Translations under genes and position numbers: made by a program
Virus genome (UHGV): UHGV-0011110
Reading direction: 5' to 3' (one strand)
DNA length: 42,827 nucleotides
Origin: a virus
The notes under the pieces: model-generated
What the model was told of the DNA's origin: nothing
What the model saw: the letters and a program-made list of their open reading frames with translations, nothing else
Database searches by the model: none
Part shown: positions 9,093 through 17,978 of the stretch, one piece after another
Layout of the letters: each line of letters starts with the position of its first letter
Position numbering within the stretch: position 1 is the first letter of the stretch

Positions 9093-12000
9093 ATGGCAGA
9101 AAAGTATGAGTTTTTAAGAACATTTACCTTTGATGGTAATGAAACAAAGCACTTGTTTCAAATAGCTAAAGTTAATATACCTTTTTTATCAAAAGACAAT
9201 GAGTATTACACAGTAGGAAATACAGACGGCAAGCATTTTCGTAGCACACGTCTTGGAGATTACTCACTATCTATTGATGGTTTCGTCATAAAAGACAACA
9301 CTGGTAAGTCTGTCAGTGACTCATTAGATGAACTAAAGGTTTTGTTAAATTCAGACGAACCTAAACAGTTGATATTTGATGTTTTCCCAGATAGATATTT
9401 CAGCGCAATCTTTAGTGGGGTACAAGAGTATGATGCAACTAATTTGGACTATACACCGCTTACATTAGTGTTTGACGTACCAGATGGGTTGGCACATTCT
9501 ATAGAACCAATTGGATTCTCAAATACCTACTCAAACACAACAAATCTGATGCTTGACAGTGAGTATAATGCTACGTATAAATATATGAAGCCTTGGGTAG
9601 AGAAGTTGGATGAGAAGTTTAATAACTCTAATGTAGTGCAAGGCGACTTCAGAACTGGTATTCCATTGAACTTTGAGCGTGATGACAAAACAGATGAGCG
9701 ATGGCTAAACTGGAATCCAGCTACAACGATTCATACTGCTGATTTGAAAAAAGGAGATGAAGTCAACTTCAGTGTATATGCACAAGTAGTATTCATTGAT
9801 GAAGAGAATAACAAAGATTACGCTGGACAAGTCATTCTAGAAGAGTGGGACACAGTGAAGGGAGCAATACTCAAGCGACACATTGTCTATATCCCTAAAC
9901 AAGTAACCACTCAGTTCACTGAATATGGGTCAGTGGTTAAAATTGAAAACGAAAAAACAAATGCTATTAATCTGCAGTATGGTTTCAGAGGAAGTAATCT
10001 CATTAAATGGAGTAAGCCAATGATTAGCTTTCTACCACCACTTGGGGAAATAGTAACAGCCCCAAGCGTGGGTGCTAAAGCTTATAGTAACAGTTTAGAA
10101 TTTGGGGACTATGATTATAGTGGTAATCCGAATCTAATGAGTGTAATTAAAGCCTCTGATTTTAAAACAGAGGTTGATAGTAATGTTCAAATCTCTGATG
10201 TTGATTATAACAGTATACGTTTAGCATCTCAAGGAACTGAACTAACGCCTTTTGCCGCATATACACCTGGTAGTGTATCAAGTTTAGTTAGTGGTAAAAC
10301 TTATACTATAAGCGCAAAAGTTAAAATAGAGGAAGGCACAACTGGCAACATTGATAAACTAAGAATAGCTTATCGTAAAACTCTTGGTGGAACTATTTTG
10401 CTATCTGCTAACACTACAGGTGTAGAAGTGGGTAAAGAAATAATCATCAAAGGTACAGGAGTCGTTAATTATAACATTACAGATTTAAGCAGATTTTATT
10501 TATCTATTGGTACGGAAGCAGGCTCTAAAATGAACGGTAGTGTGATTGTCAGTGATATTAAGATTGAAGAAGGCTCAACAACCACACCATATCAACCTAA
10601 CTTACTTGATGCTCCATATTATTTGAGTAAGGTGCCTTTGGGAGAAAATCTTATTAAGCCAGAGTCACAACAACCAGTTACTAATAGCAACTATCTTATT
10701 AAAACCTATAACACCAAACCCATGATAAAAGGTAAGAAATATACCATCACACTTGAAGGAACTAAGCCAGCAACACAGGTTTTTAGAGCATTCTTTACAC
10801 AAGCAATAGGAAATTCATGGTCATCTGGTGATTTGAAGCCAGTAGAAGGGTTAGCGAATACCTGGTCTGTAACATTTACAGCAGCGGCAGATTCACATCC
10901 TACTAAACCAGAGGCGATGATTTATCAAGTACCAAACACAAGCTTAGGACAATGTACAATTAAGTGGTTAAAACTAGAGGAAGGCGACACCCGCACCCCA
11001 AACATCCCATACTACAAATATGAAGGAATCGCACCAGCACCATCAAATAATCCAAAAGATTATCATTGGGGTTATAGTCCTTCATATATCAACGCGGTCG
11101 AATATGTACCAAGTGGTGATTCAATTGATGACTTAATCAAGATTGAAAACAACGGAACCTACAAAGCATATCCACAGATTAACTTCACAATGAATGGAGA
11201 AAACGGACTTGTAGCAGTATTAAATGAAAATGGAAATGTGTTGCAGTTTGGGAATCCAGAAGATGTTGACGGAACTGTAGCTACACGTTTAGACATGGGA
11301 CTTAAAGAAAACTTTTGGGGTAACAAATTACCAACTAACATTACAATTAACTCTGGTTTTGATTCAGTTGTACCTAATTTTAACAATAATCCAGCCACAC
11401 CTAACTTGTTTGATGGTGGATTTGATATGACTACGTATGTAGATGCAATTAGACCAACTTTCTCACAAGTCACAAAAGAAGTGTGGCATGGTCCTAGCAT
11501 GCTCTTACCTATCACAGCACCTACAAACAACGATAGAACTGGTAGTTTTGGAGTACACACACGTTTTTATTTTAGAAATATCAACAAGGGAGAACGTGGA
11601 CGATTAGAGTTTGCAGTAAATGATGAGACTGGCGCTAATGCAATGACTTTCATTGTACGTGATAGCTCAATCACAAATACTGAAATTGTGTTAGAAATGT
11701 GGTACAAGAAAAAGAAATTAAATCAAGTCAGTCTTGATAGAAAAGTATTTAAGAAAGATTTCTTTGAGATTAATATGGAACGTACTGGCAAGCAACTAAC
11801 ATGGCGCTTTGTTCAAATCAACAGCTTAAATAAATATGATAATGTAATTGTGGATAAACAATACAAATTCACATGGAATTTGGAATCAGATGACGCAACT
11901 AAATTCACATCCACTGGTGTGTGGTTCATGAGATATGGCAACACACCTCATAATCCAATGTACGTGACAGACACGCAAGTTAAATGGTACAATACTCCAT

Positions 12001-12227
12001 TCTTTAACAACGTTAAAAACATTTTTCAAGATGGAGATAATGTCACTATAGATGTGGAAGAACGTGCAATTTACATTAATGGGGCAATTAATAATGAGCT
12101 AAATGTCGTTGGTAATGAATGGGAACAATTTAGACTTGGGTTAGGCACTACAATCATTCAACCAGTTGTATCCAGTTGGGCGCATCCAGCTAACGTTAAC
12201 GTAACATTCAGACAGTCATATTTATAG
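9093..12227 (+). CDS. distal tail protein (Dit) with long C-terminal carbohydrate-binding-like extensions ('evolved Dit')
   Basis: Position right after the tape measure; Dit-like N-terminal ~250 aa; 1044 aa total. Confidence 0.6.
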   Translation: MAEKYEFLRTFTFDGNETKHLFQIAKVNIPFLSKDNEYYTVGNTDGKHFRSTRLGDYSLSIDGFVIKDNTGKSVSDSLDELKVLLNSDEPKQLIFDVFPDRYFSAIFSGVQEYDATNLDYTPLTLVFDVPDGLAHSIEPIGFSNTYSNTTNLMLDSEYNATYKYMKPWVEKLDEKFNNSNVVQGDFRTGIPLNFERDDKTDERWLNWNPATTIHTADLKKGDEVNFSVYAQVVFIDEENNKDYAGQVILEEWDTVKGAILKRHIVYIPKQVTTQFTEYGSVVKIENEKTNAINLQYGFRGSNLIKWSKPMISFLPPLGEIVTAPSVGAKAYSNSLEFGDYDYSGNPNLMSVIKASDFKTEVDSNVQISDVDYNSIRLASQGTELTPFAAYTPGSVSSLVSGKTYTISAKVKIEEGTTGNIDKLRIAYRKTLGGTILLSANTTGVEVGKEIIIKGTGVVNYNITDLSRFYLSIGTEAGSKMNGSVIVSDIKIEEGSTTTPYQPNLLDAPYYLSKVPLGENLIKPESQQPVTNSNYLIKTYNTKPMIKGKKYTITLEGTKPATQVFRAFFTQAIGNSWSSGDLKPVEGLANTWSVTFTAAADSHPTKPEAMIYQVPNTSLGQCTIKWLKLEEGDTRTPNIPYYKYEGIAPAPSNNPKDYHWGYSPSYINAVEYVPSGDSIDDLIKIENNGTYKAYPQINFTMNGENGLVAVLNENGNVLQFGNPEDVDGTVATRLDMGLKENFWGNKLPTNITINSGFDSVVPNFNNNPATPNLFDGGFDMTTYVDAIRPTFSQVTKEVWHGPSMLLPITAPTNNDRTGSFGVHTRFYFRNINKGERGRLEFAVNDETGANAMTFIVRDSSITNTEIVLEMWYKKKKLNQVSLDRKVFKKDFFEINMERTGKQLTWRFVQINSLNKYDNVIVDKQYKFTWNLESDDATKFTSTGVWFMRYGNTPHNPMYVTDTQVKWYNTPFFNNVKNIFQDGDNVTIDVEERAIYINGAINNELNVVGNEWEQFRLGLGTTIIQPVVSSWAHPANVNVTFRQSYL

Positions 12228-12290
12228 AAAAAAGGGCTTGTAAAGCCCTTTTTTCTATGTTATAATGTAATAAGAAAGGAGAGGTGATAC

Positions 12291-13694
12291 ATGGACTTTT
12301 ATATTTGTGATCGTTCATTTGCACTACAAACAGTTGTTTCAACAGATGGAAGGACTGAGTTTCAAGTGAGTAGTACAACAGATGAAGTAGAATTGAGTAC
12401 AGGATCACGTAGGTTAACATTACAATTAGCGTTTGACTATAACACCACTGGATTAATTAAAGAAAAAACACCAGTTGGTAACTATGTGCTGTATAGAGAT
12501 TTAAACAATAAATTCATCTGGATGACTATTTTGAAAATAACTCATAACCCATTAACTGGTATTCGTACATTAGAGTGTGAAGACGCTGGACTAGACCTTT
12601 TAAATGAAACAGTTGAAGCTAGTAAAAATAATGGTAACCATAACATAGCGTGGTACATTAATAAATTCACTAATGATTCAGGATTTGAAATTGGTAAAAA
12701 TGAGATACCAAACTTAACTAGGACATTAGAATGGGATGGAGAGAGTACAGCGTTAGCACGTGTACTGAGTGTTGCTACTCAATTTGACAATGCAGAAATT
12801 GAGTTCTCATTTGATTTTGCAGGAAATCAGTTGGTTAAACGTAAGATAGACATTTATAAAAAACGTGGTAAGGATACTAATTTCAAACTGTACGTTAATA
12901 AAGACATTAACTCCATTGAAACAGAGGAAGACATTTATCAATTAGTCAATGCAATTAAGCCATATGGTGGTGTTCCTGAGGGTAAAGATCAGCCTATCAA
13001 TCTGATTGGTTACAACTACACAGACCCTGAAGGTAGGTTTGTTGTTGACAAGACACATGGTTACGTCAAAGACACTCAGAACGTAAAAAAATGGAGTAGG
13101 ACAGGTACGGCATCAAACTACTTCTTGCAGTATAAGACTTGGACCACTACAAGTCAGAAAGACTTGTTAGACACTACCATTAGACACTTAAAGCAATACT
13201 CTCAACCAATTACTACCTATAAAGTTGATATTGCTAACATTCCGTTTGACTTAACAGTAGGTGACTACATTTCCATTATTGATGAGAATGAAGAGTTGTT
13301 CTTAAAGAGTAGAGTTCAGAAGTTAACTTATGACTACACACAACATTCTGTACAAGCTGAATTATCTGATTTCAAACGATTAGAAAGTGGTATTTCACAA
13401 CAACTATCAGATTTAGCAGATAAACTAAATAATACAATCAACAGTAGTATTCCCTACGTAGTTACTATAGACCAGTCAGCACCTTTCTTTGTCAATGGAG
13501 AGGGTACTATCACATTAACCGCCAATGTGACAAAAGGAGATTTAAACGTAACTAATTTATTTACAATATACGAATGGACCAGATTAAAGCTAGATGGAAC
13601 ACTGGATACAGAGTGGAGTGATACTGGTAGAACTATTACCATCACTGCTGGAACAGAATTACGTTACACATACATTGTAAATGCAAAAGAATAG
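12291..13694 (+). CDS. tail-associated lysin / baseplate hub (Tal; prophage-tail-endopeptidase N-domain type)
   Basis: Position after Dit; 467 aa; gp27-like N-terminal domain pattern. Confidence 0.6.
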   Translation: MDFYICDRSFALQTVVSTDGRTEFQVSSTTDEVELSTGSRRLTLQLAFDYNTTGLIKEKTPVGNYVLYRDLNNKFIWMTILKITHNPLTGIRTLECEDAGLDLLNETVEASKNNGNHNIAWYINKFTNDSGFEIGKNEIPNLTRTLEWDGESTALARVLSVATQFDNAEIEFSFDFAGNQLVKRKIDIYKKRGKDTNFKLYVNKDINSIETEEDIYQLVNAIKPYGGVPEGKDQPINLIGYNYTDPEGRFVVDKTHGYVKDTQNVKKWSRTGTASNYFLQYKTWTTTSQKDLLDTTIRHLKQYSQPITTYKVDIANIPFDLTVGDYISIIDENEELFLKSRVQKLTYDYTQHSVQAELSDFKRLESGISQQLSDLADKLNNTINSSIPYVVTIDQSAPFFVNGEGTITLTANVTKGDLNVTNLFTIYEWTRLKLDGTLDTEWSDTGRTITITAGTELRYTYIVNAKE

Positions 13695-13706
13695 GAGATT
13701 GATAAA

Positions 13707-14654
13707 ATGGAAGTACAAGGTAAAACAGTAATTAATAATATGCAAATTGAGACAAGTAAAGGTACTGTTTACTGGCAAGAGAATGAACCTACTGAACCAA
13801 TAGATGGAGATACATGGTTTAAAATCATTAATGGTAAAGCGGTAAACGCTTATAATCGTGAAAACGGGGTATGGGTAGAGGTTGAGTTCTCCAGTCAAGT
13901 AATCGCTGAGGAGTTGGTGGGTAAAATCATTACTGGTGCTGAGATTAATGGTGCCACAGTCAATGGTACAACCATTAATGGTGGAGAAGTTAATGGGGGT
14001 AGATTCTTAAACCAGTACACATTTCCTGACACCAGCAGTCGCATTGATGGATTCATTGATATTAAAGATGGCGTGTTCTCTGCACGAAATGAGTATATTG
14101 ATGAACCTAGTGAGCAAACTAGACAAAATGTAGGGGTTACGATTCAAAATGGTGGGTTATTTGCAGATAATAGCGTGTATGACCCTGATGGAACACGTAC
14201 CTCATTTACAGCATCATCTATGGAAGGTGGTATATTATCACTATCCAAAATTGATGGAACAGGTACATTCAATGGGATGCTGGATGCTAAACTACTAGAA
14301 TCAATTGGAACTGTGAAGTCTAAAACAGTGAATATTCCAAACAATTCTAACTTTCAAAATGCTAGTATTATTTACTATAGATGGGGTCAATTTGTCATTG
14401 CTCGTTTTTATTTTGATCTATTAAAATCTGATGGGTACGTTGGTTTGGCTGCACATGAAAACGGTTATAGACCAATCTCATTACCTATGGCATCAGGTAT
14501 TCTACCATCAACAGCAGGGCCTAGCCGTTATTGTGTAGTATATTCTAATACCGCTGGGTGGAGATTAATTCCATCCACAGAACCTAAGGAAACACTAGGA
14601 ACTATCCAAGGTACAATTATGTACCTAACAAATGATGCTTGGCAAGATGCTTAA
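13707..14654 (+). CDS. tail fibre / receptor-binding protein
   Basis: Last structural gene before the lysis cassette. GxxINGxTVNGTTINGGEVNGG beta-helix-like repeats. Confidence 0.5.
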   Translation: MEVQGKTVINNMQIETSKGTVYWQENEPTEPIDGDTWFKIINGKAVNAYNRENGVWVEVEFSSQVIAEELVGKIITGAEINGATVNGTTINGGEVNGGRFLNQYTFPDTSSRIDGFIDIKDGVFSARNEYIDEPSEQTRQNVGVTIQNGGLFADNSVYDPDGTRTSFTASSMEGGILSLSKIDGTGTFNGMLDAKLLESIGTVKSKTVNIPNNSNFQNASIIYYRWGQFVIARFYFDLLKSDGYVGLAAHENGYRPISLPMASGILPSTAGPSRYCVVYSNTAGWRLIPSTEPKETLGTIQGTIMYLTNDAWQDA

Positions 14655-14661
14655 CACTAAA

Positions 14662-14683
14662 GTCCTCTCATGAGGGCTTTTTA
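14662..14683 (+). terminator. weak rho-independent terminator after the tail fibre gene
   Basis: Short imperfect stem (GUCCU/AGGGC) plus UUUUU. Confidence 0.4.
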
Positions 14684-14688
14684 TGTTC

Positions 14689-14760
14689 ATTTAAATGGAT
14701 AAGTACCTTATTTTAAAAATTTAAAGTGCTTAGAATGCTCGTGAGAGACACACTATTTCT
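14689..14760. repeat. R1: ~70-bp direct repeat (pair with 16480..16550); carries a pseudo 3' end of the dNK gene
   Basis: 32-bp exact core TTTAAAGTGCTTAGAATGCTCGTGAGAGACAC plus TTTAAATGGATAA shared with R2. Reverse complement reads stop-VCLSRAF-stop, like the dNK C-terminus. Confidence 0.85.
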
Positions 14761-14770
14761 CTTATATAGG

Positions 14771-14779
14771 TGCTATACT
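14771..14779 (+). promoter_or_regulatory. extended -10 promoter TGcTATACT for the lysis cassette
   Basis: TGnTATACT read directly, ~55 nt upstream of ATG 14833. Confidence 0.5.
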
Positions 14780-14832
14780 AGATATATGCCAGGGATGTGA
14801 GGTGGTAAATAATGTAAGTAAGGTGTGTTGGT

Positions 14833-15111
14833 ATGAATCTGAATGATAAAGAATTTGTTTCATTAAAAGAGCAGTTGGCACGTATTGAGGTAAAGTTAGA
14901 TGATATACCTGAAATAAAGGCTGACTTAAAAGAATATGGTAGTCGCTTAGATCGTCAATCTGAAAAATCAGATAAGGCGTACAGCATGGCTATTCGTAAC
15001 AGAGAGGAATTAGCTGACCTTAAAAACAGCTATACATGGTTAACGCGTACCACAATTGGTGCTGTAATTGCAGCCCTAGTAAGTATTGGGTTATCATTAT
15101 TTTTAGGATAG
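14833..15111 (+). CDS. XhlA-like lysis-associated membrane protein
   Basis: N-terminal coiled coil with a single C-terminal TM (TTIGAVIAALVSIGLSLFLG), directly upstream of the holin. Confidence 0.45.
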   Translation: MNLNDKEFVSLKEQLARIEVKLDDIPEIKADLKEYGSRLDRQSEKSDKAYSMAIRNREELADLKNSYTWLTRTTIGAVIAALVSIGLSLFLG

Positions 15112-15121
15112 GAGAGATAGT

Positions 15122-15403
15122 ATGAAAAATATTAACTGGAAAGTTCGTTTTAACAAAGATAATATCACATTTATCATTCGTTTTGTGGCAGCATTAATCA
15201 TCCCAGTGTTGGCATACTTAGGGTTAGAAGTGACAGATTTAACTAGTTGGAAATTAATTGGAGATGTATTGTTACAATTTATCAGCAACCCGTTCCTACT
15301 TGGTTTAACAGTAATTAACGCATTGAATATGATCCCTGACCCAACCACTAAAGGTATTACAGATAGCGAGAAAGCACTTAACTATACAGAACCAAAGAAA
15401 TAG
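15122..15403 (+). CDS. holin, phage phiLC3 (Phage_holin_1) family
   Basis: Two TM segments and C-terminal ..NALNMIPDPTTKGITDSEKALNYTEP.. signature. Confidence 0.7.
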   Translation: MKNINWKVRFNKDNITFIIRFVAALIIPVLAYLGLEVTDLTSWKLIGDVLLQFISNPFLLGLTVINALNMIPDPTTKGITDSEKALNYTEPKK

Positions 15404-15418
15404 AAAGGAAGTTTTATA

Positions 15419-16447
15419 ATGGTAGAAATTATTAACAAAACAGTAACACGTGGAGTGGCTGGACGCAGAGGCGGAGCAGTTAAAGGGGTGGTATTTCATA
15501 ACACATGGGGTAATTCTACAGCCAAGCAAGAAGCCAGTCGTTTATCAGCAATGAACAACAATCAATTAGCAGCTGGTTTTGCGCATTACTATATTGACAA
15601 AAACACAATCTGGCGTACAGAAGACACTTATAATGGAGCATGGCATACTGCTAACTCTGATGGGAACATGAACTATATTGGATATGAAGTATGTGGTAAC
15701 GACCAAACACCACTAAAAGACTTCTTACAAGCGGAAGAAAACACCTTCTGGCAAATTGCACAGGATTTGAGATACTATGGTTTACCAGTTAATCGTAACA
15801 CAGTACGTTTACATCCAGAGTTCTCAGCAACTCAATGTCCTAAGCGTTCATTAATTGTTCACACTGGTTTCAATTCAACACAGGCTCAACCTGCTCATGT
15901 AATCAACGCTATGAAGGATTATGTGATTAAAAACGTTCTTAAGTATTACAATAACCCTAGTTTGAAGCCAGATGGCAAAGCACCATCTACAAATGGACAA
16001 ACACCTCCAAGTGGCGCAAATGTAACACCATCTAACCCGTCGCAACATGATAGGGCAGTAGCAGCTTCCCCAGCGATCACAGTTGATGGATACACAGCTA
16101 AAGAAGATTTCTTTAACACTATTGCTGGAAATAAACTACGCGCCGCTGGCTGGATGTTACCTACAAAAGGTGGCAAAGCATTCAACTATGGTTATGTGTT
16201 CATCATGGATTACAACACTGGCAAAGAATTAGCACGTCAAATGAGCAAAGGTATTGCTAGACCTGACGTAACCAAAGCATACAATGTTAAGGGTGGTAAT
16301 GCGTATGGTTTAGACTGTACGTTTGATCTTAAACACTTCAAAGGTAAAAAAGTTTATGTAATGTTCCGTAGAACCAATGATAAATCTGGTAATACCAAGG
16401 GTGGTAATAAAGACATTCACTTAAAAGGTATTTACATGAATTTATAA
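15419..16447 (+). CDS. endolysin: N-acetylmuramoyl-L-alanine amidase (Amidase_2/PGRP) with C-terminal cell-wall-binding domain
   Basis: VFHNTWG.., GYEVCG.., HPEFSATQCPKRS Zn-ligand pattern. Sits after the holin. No CHAP domain. Confidence 0.8.
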   Translation: MVEIINKTVTRGVAGRRGGAVKGVVFHNTWGNSTAKQEASRLSAMNNNQLAAGFAHYYIDKNTIWRTEDTYNGAWHTANSDGNMNYIGYEVCGNDQTPLKDFLQAEENTFWQIAQDLRYYGLPVNRNTVRLHPEFSATQCPKRSLIVHTGFNSTQAQPAHVINAMKDYVIKNVLKYYNNPSLKPDGKAPSTNGQTPPSGANVTPSNPSQHDRAVAASPAITVDGYTAKEDFFNTIAGNKLRAAGWMLPTKGGKAFNYGYVFIMDYNTGKELARQMSKGIARPDVTKAYNVKGGNAYGLDCTFDLKHFKGKKVYVMFRRTNDKSGNTKGGNKDIHLKGIYMNL

Positions 16448-16450
16448 AAA

Positions 16451-16483
16451 GAACCCTCAAATGAGGGTTCTTTATTTGTTTTT
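16451..16483. terminator. bidirectional rho-independent terminator between convergent endolysin and dNK genes
   Basis: GAACCCTCA/TGAGGGTTC perfect stem followed by a T-run. Confidence 0.75.
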
Positions 16484-16550
16484 AAATGGATAATCACCTT
16501 AATTCAATTATTTAAAGTGCTTAGAATGCTCGTGAGAGACACGCTTTTTG
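16480..16550. repeat. R2: second copy of the ~70-bp direct repeat; overlaps the genuine dNK 3' end
   Basis: See R1. Confidence 0.85.
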
Positions 16551-17216
16551 AGAGAAATAGGTGTATTCTTCACCACTAATTGCTCCCACATTGAACAATT
16601 CATCTAGTATCATTATTAGTACTTTCATGCGATGTTCTGGGTTATTAACATAGTCAAGTTCTGTTACATCTATGATTAACTTAGGAAAGCCTAAATCTTT
16701 ATTCATCCACTCTTGATAGTTAGCATGATGGTTTCTAAAGTATTCATATAATTCAGTACCTTTTTCAACTTTCTCAAAATCTCGTGCGCGGTTATTAATA
16801 CGTTTAATCTCTTCTTCAAAGCTACAATTTAAAACAATCATCAAATCAGGTGATTTCTTTGGTAGTGGTTCTAGTTCTTTCAACATGCGATTTAATAGTT
16901 TTGTATAGACCTCCAATTCTAACTCGTTCACAGAGCCTTCATCATATAACTGCTTTAAAAAGATTGAATCTTCATATATTGAACGATCAAGAATGCCATT
17001 TTTAACACTCATAGCCTCCTGAATAAGTTCAAAGCGCTTGGACAACATGTCAATTTGAAATAGAAAACCATACGTTTTCTTGTCTGCATAGAATTTCTCC
17101 AGTAGAGGATTATCCTCTACTGGTTCATAAACTGCTTTCGTTTCTAGTAATTCGCTTAATAAATGTGTCATTGATGATTTACCTACCCCAATTGGTCCTG
17201 CCAATGTAATCAACAC
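16521..17216 (-). CDS. deoxynucleoside kinase (dAK/dGK/dCK family)
   Basis: P-loop GPIGVGKSS, VYEPVEDNPLLEKFY, LDRSIYEDSIF (DRS motif). Confidence 0.85.
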   Translation of the reverse strand: MLITLAGPIGVGKSSMTHLLSELLETKAVYEPVEDNPLLEKFYADKKTYGFLFQIDMLSKRFELIQEAMSVKNGILDRSIYEDSIFLKQLYDEGSVNELELEVYTKLLNRMLKELEPLPKKSPDLMIVLNCSFEEEIKRINNRARDFEKVEKGTELYEYFRNHHANYQEWMNKDLGFPKLIIDVTELDYVNNPEHRMKVLIMILDELFNVGAISGEEYTYFSQKACLSRAF

Positions 17217-17228
17217 TAATCTTCCTCC

Positions 17229-17450
17229 CTACTTAAATTCTTCCCATTTGTTTGGTGCAAATCCCATGCTTACAAACTCATCATCTTTAAACACTACAGG
17301 TAGTGTTCTTAGGTTCATAGTAAGCAACTCATTTAACCCATCTAAGTTGTCATCCACATTAACCTCAGTGAATGTGTGTCCTTTTCCTTTAAACCAGTTC
17401 TTGGTCATTTTGCAAGGCATACAGTTGTTTTTAGTATAAATTTTAATCAT
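17229..17450 (-). CDS. nrdH: NrdH-like glutaredoxin
   Basis: MIKIYTKNNCMPCKMTK...LPVVF; CxxC redoxin of NrdH length. GGAGGA 8 nt upstream of ATG 17450. The track's N-terminal MLYLIHKLRGG extension is translated promoter/leader. Confidence 0.7.
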   Translation of the reverse strand: MIKIYTKNNCMPCKMTKNWFKGKGHTFTEVNVDDNLDGLNELLTMNLRTLPVVFKDDEFVSMGFAPNKWEEFK

Positions 17451-17479
17451 TTTTTTTCCTCCTCTTAACTTATGAATTA

Positions 17480-17508
17480 AGTATAACACCTCCGTTACGA
17501 GGTGTCAA
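17480..17508 (-). promoter_or_regulatory. early promoter: TTGACA-17-TGtTATACT plus conserved leader
   Basis: Perfect -35, 17-bp spacer, extended -10. Leader TAATTCATAAGTTAAGAGGAGG shared with the other copies. Confidence 0.7.
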
Positions 17509-17978
17509 GTGTTTATATTTAATATTCTGAATCTTTTATTCTCACCACCCAGTTTATTTAGATTATTAAAGTATGCTGTATTTAGATTGAAAAACTGTGT
17601 CGCTTCAACGAGTGATTTAAATTCATATTCTTTATTCGTTGATTTATCAATCATAGTAATTGTAACTCTATGGTACTCCTTATTAATTGACTGCTCTAAT
17701 GTCGTAGCCCATCTTAAATTTTCAACACTATTGTCTATTCTATTACGATTAATATGATCAACAGTGGGTTTGTTATATGGATTAGCTATAAAAGCTTCTG
17801 CTACTAGACGGTGGACTTTCATGTTTTGATTTTTACTTCCGATGTGTACCATATGGTATCCGTAGGCATCCATACGATTTTTTAATGTCCTATGACGAGT
17901 AATGTTTCGTACCATACCTAGTGTTGATATGTTGTATTTATCACCATATGAATTAGTATACGGTAATATTTTAGTCAA
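17505..17978 (-). CDS. NUMOD4/HNH_3 homing endonuclease overlapping the polymerase 3' end
   Basis: HRLVAEAFI.NP.NKP.VDHINRNR.DN...NLRW.T motif. N-terminus aligns with the other HNH genes from TTG 17978, 3 nt before the polB stop. Confidence 0.65.
   Translation of the reverse strand: MTKILPYTNSYGDKYNISTLGMVRNITRHRTLKNRMDAYGYHMVHIGSKNQNMKVHRLVAEAFIANPYNKPTVDHINRNRIDNSVENLRWATTLEQSINKEYHRVTITMIDKSTNKEYEFKSLVEATQFFNLNTAYFNNLNKLGGENKRFRILNINT

Noticed and set aside
17451-17489. N-terminal extension MLYLIHKLRGGKK on the NrdH ORF (and the same MLYLIHKLRGG on 20958..21209)
   Set aside because: It is the translated conserved promoter/leader (AATTCATAAGTTAAGAGGAGG). The real starts are the ATGs 7-8 nt after GGAGGA.
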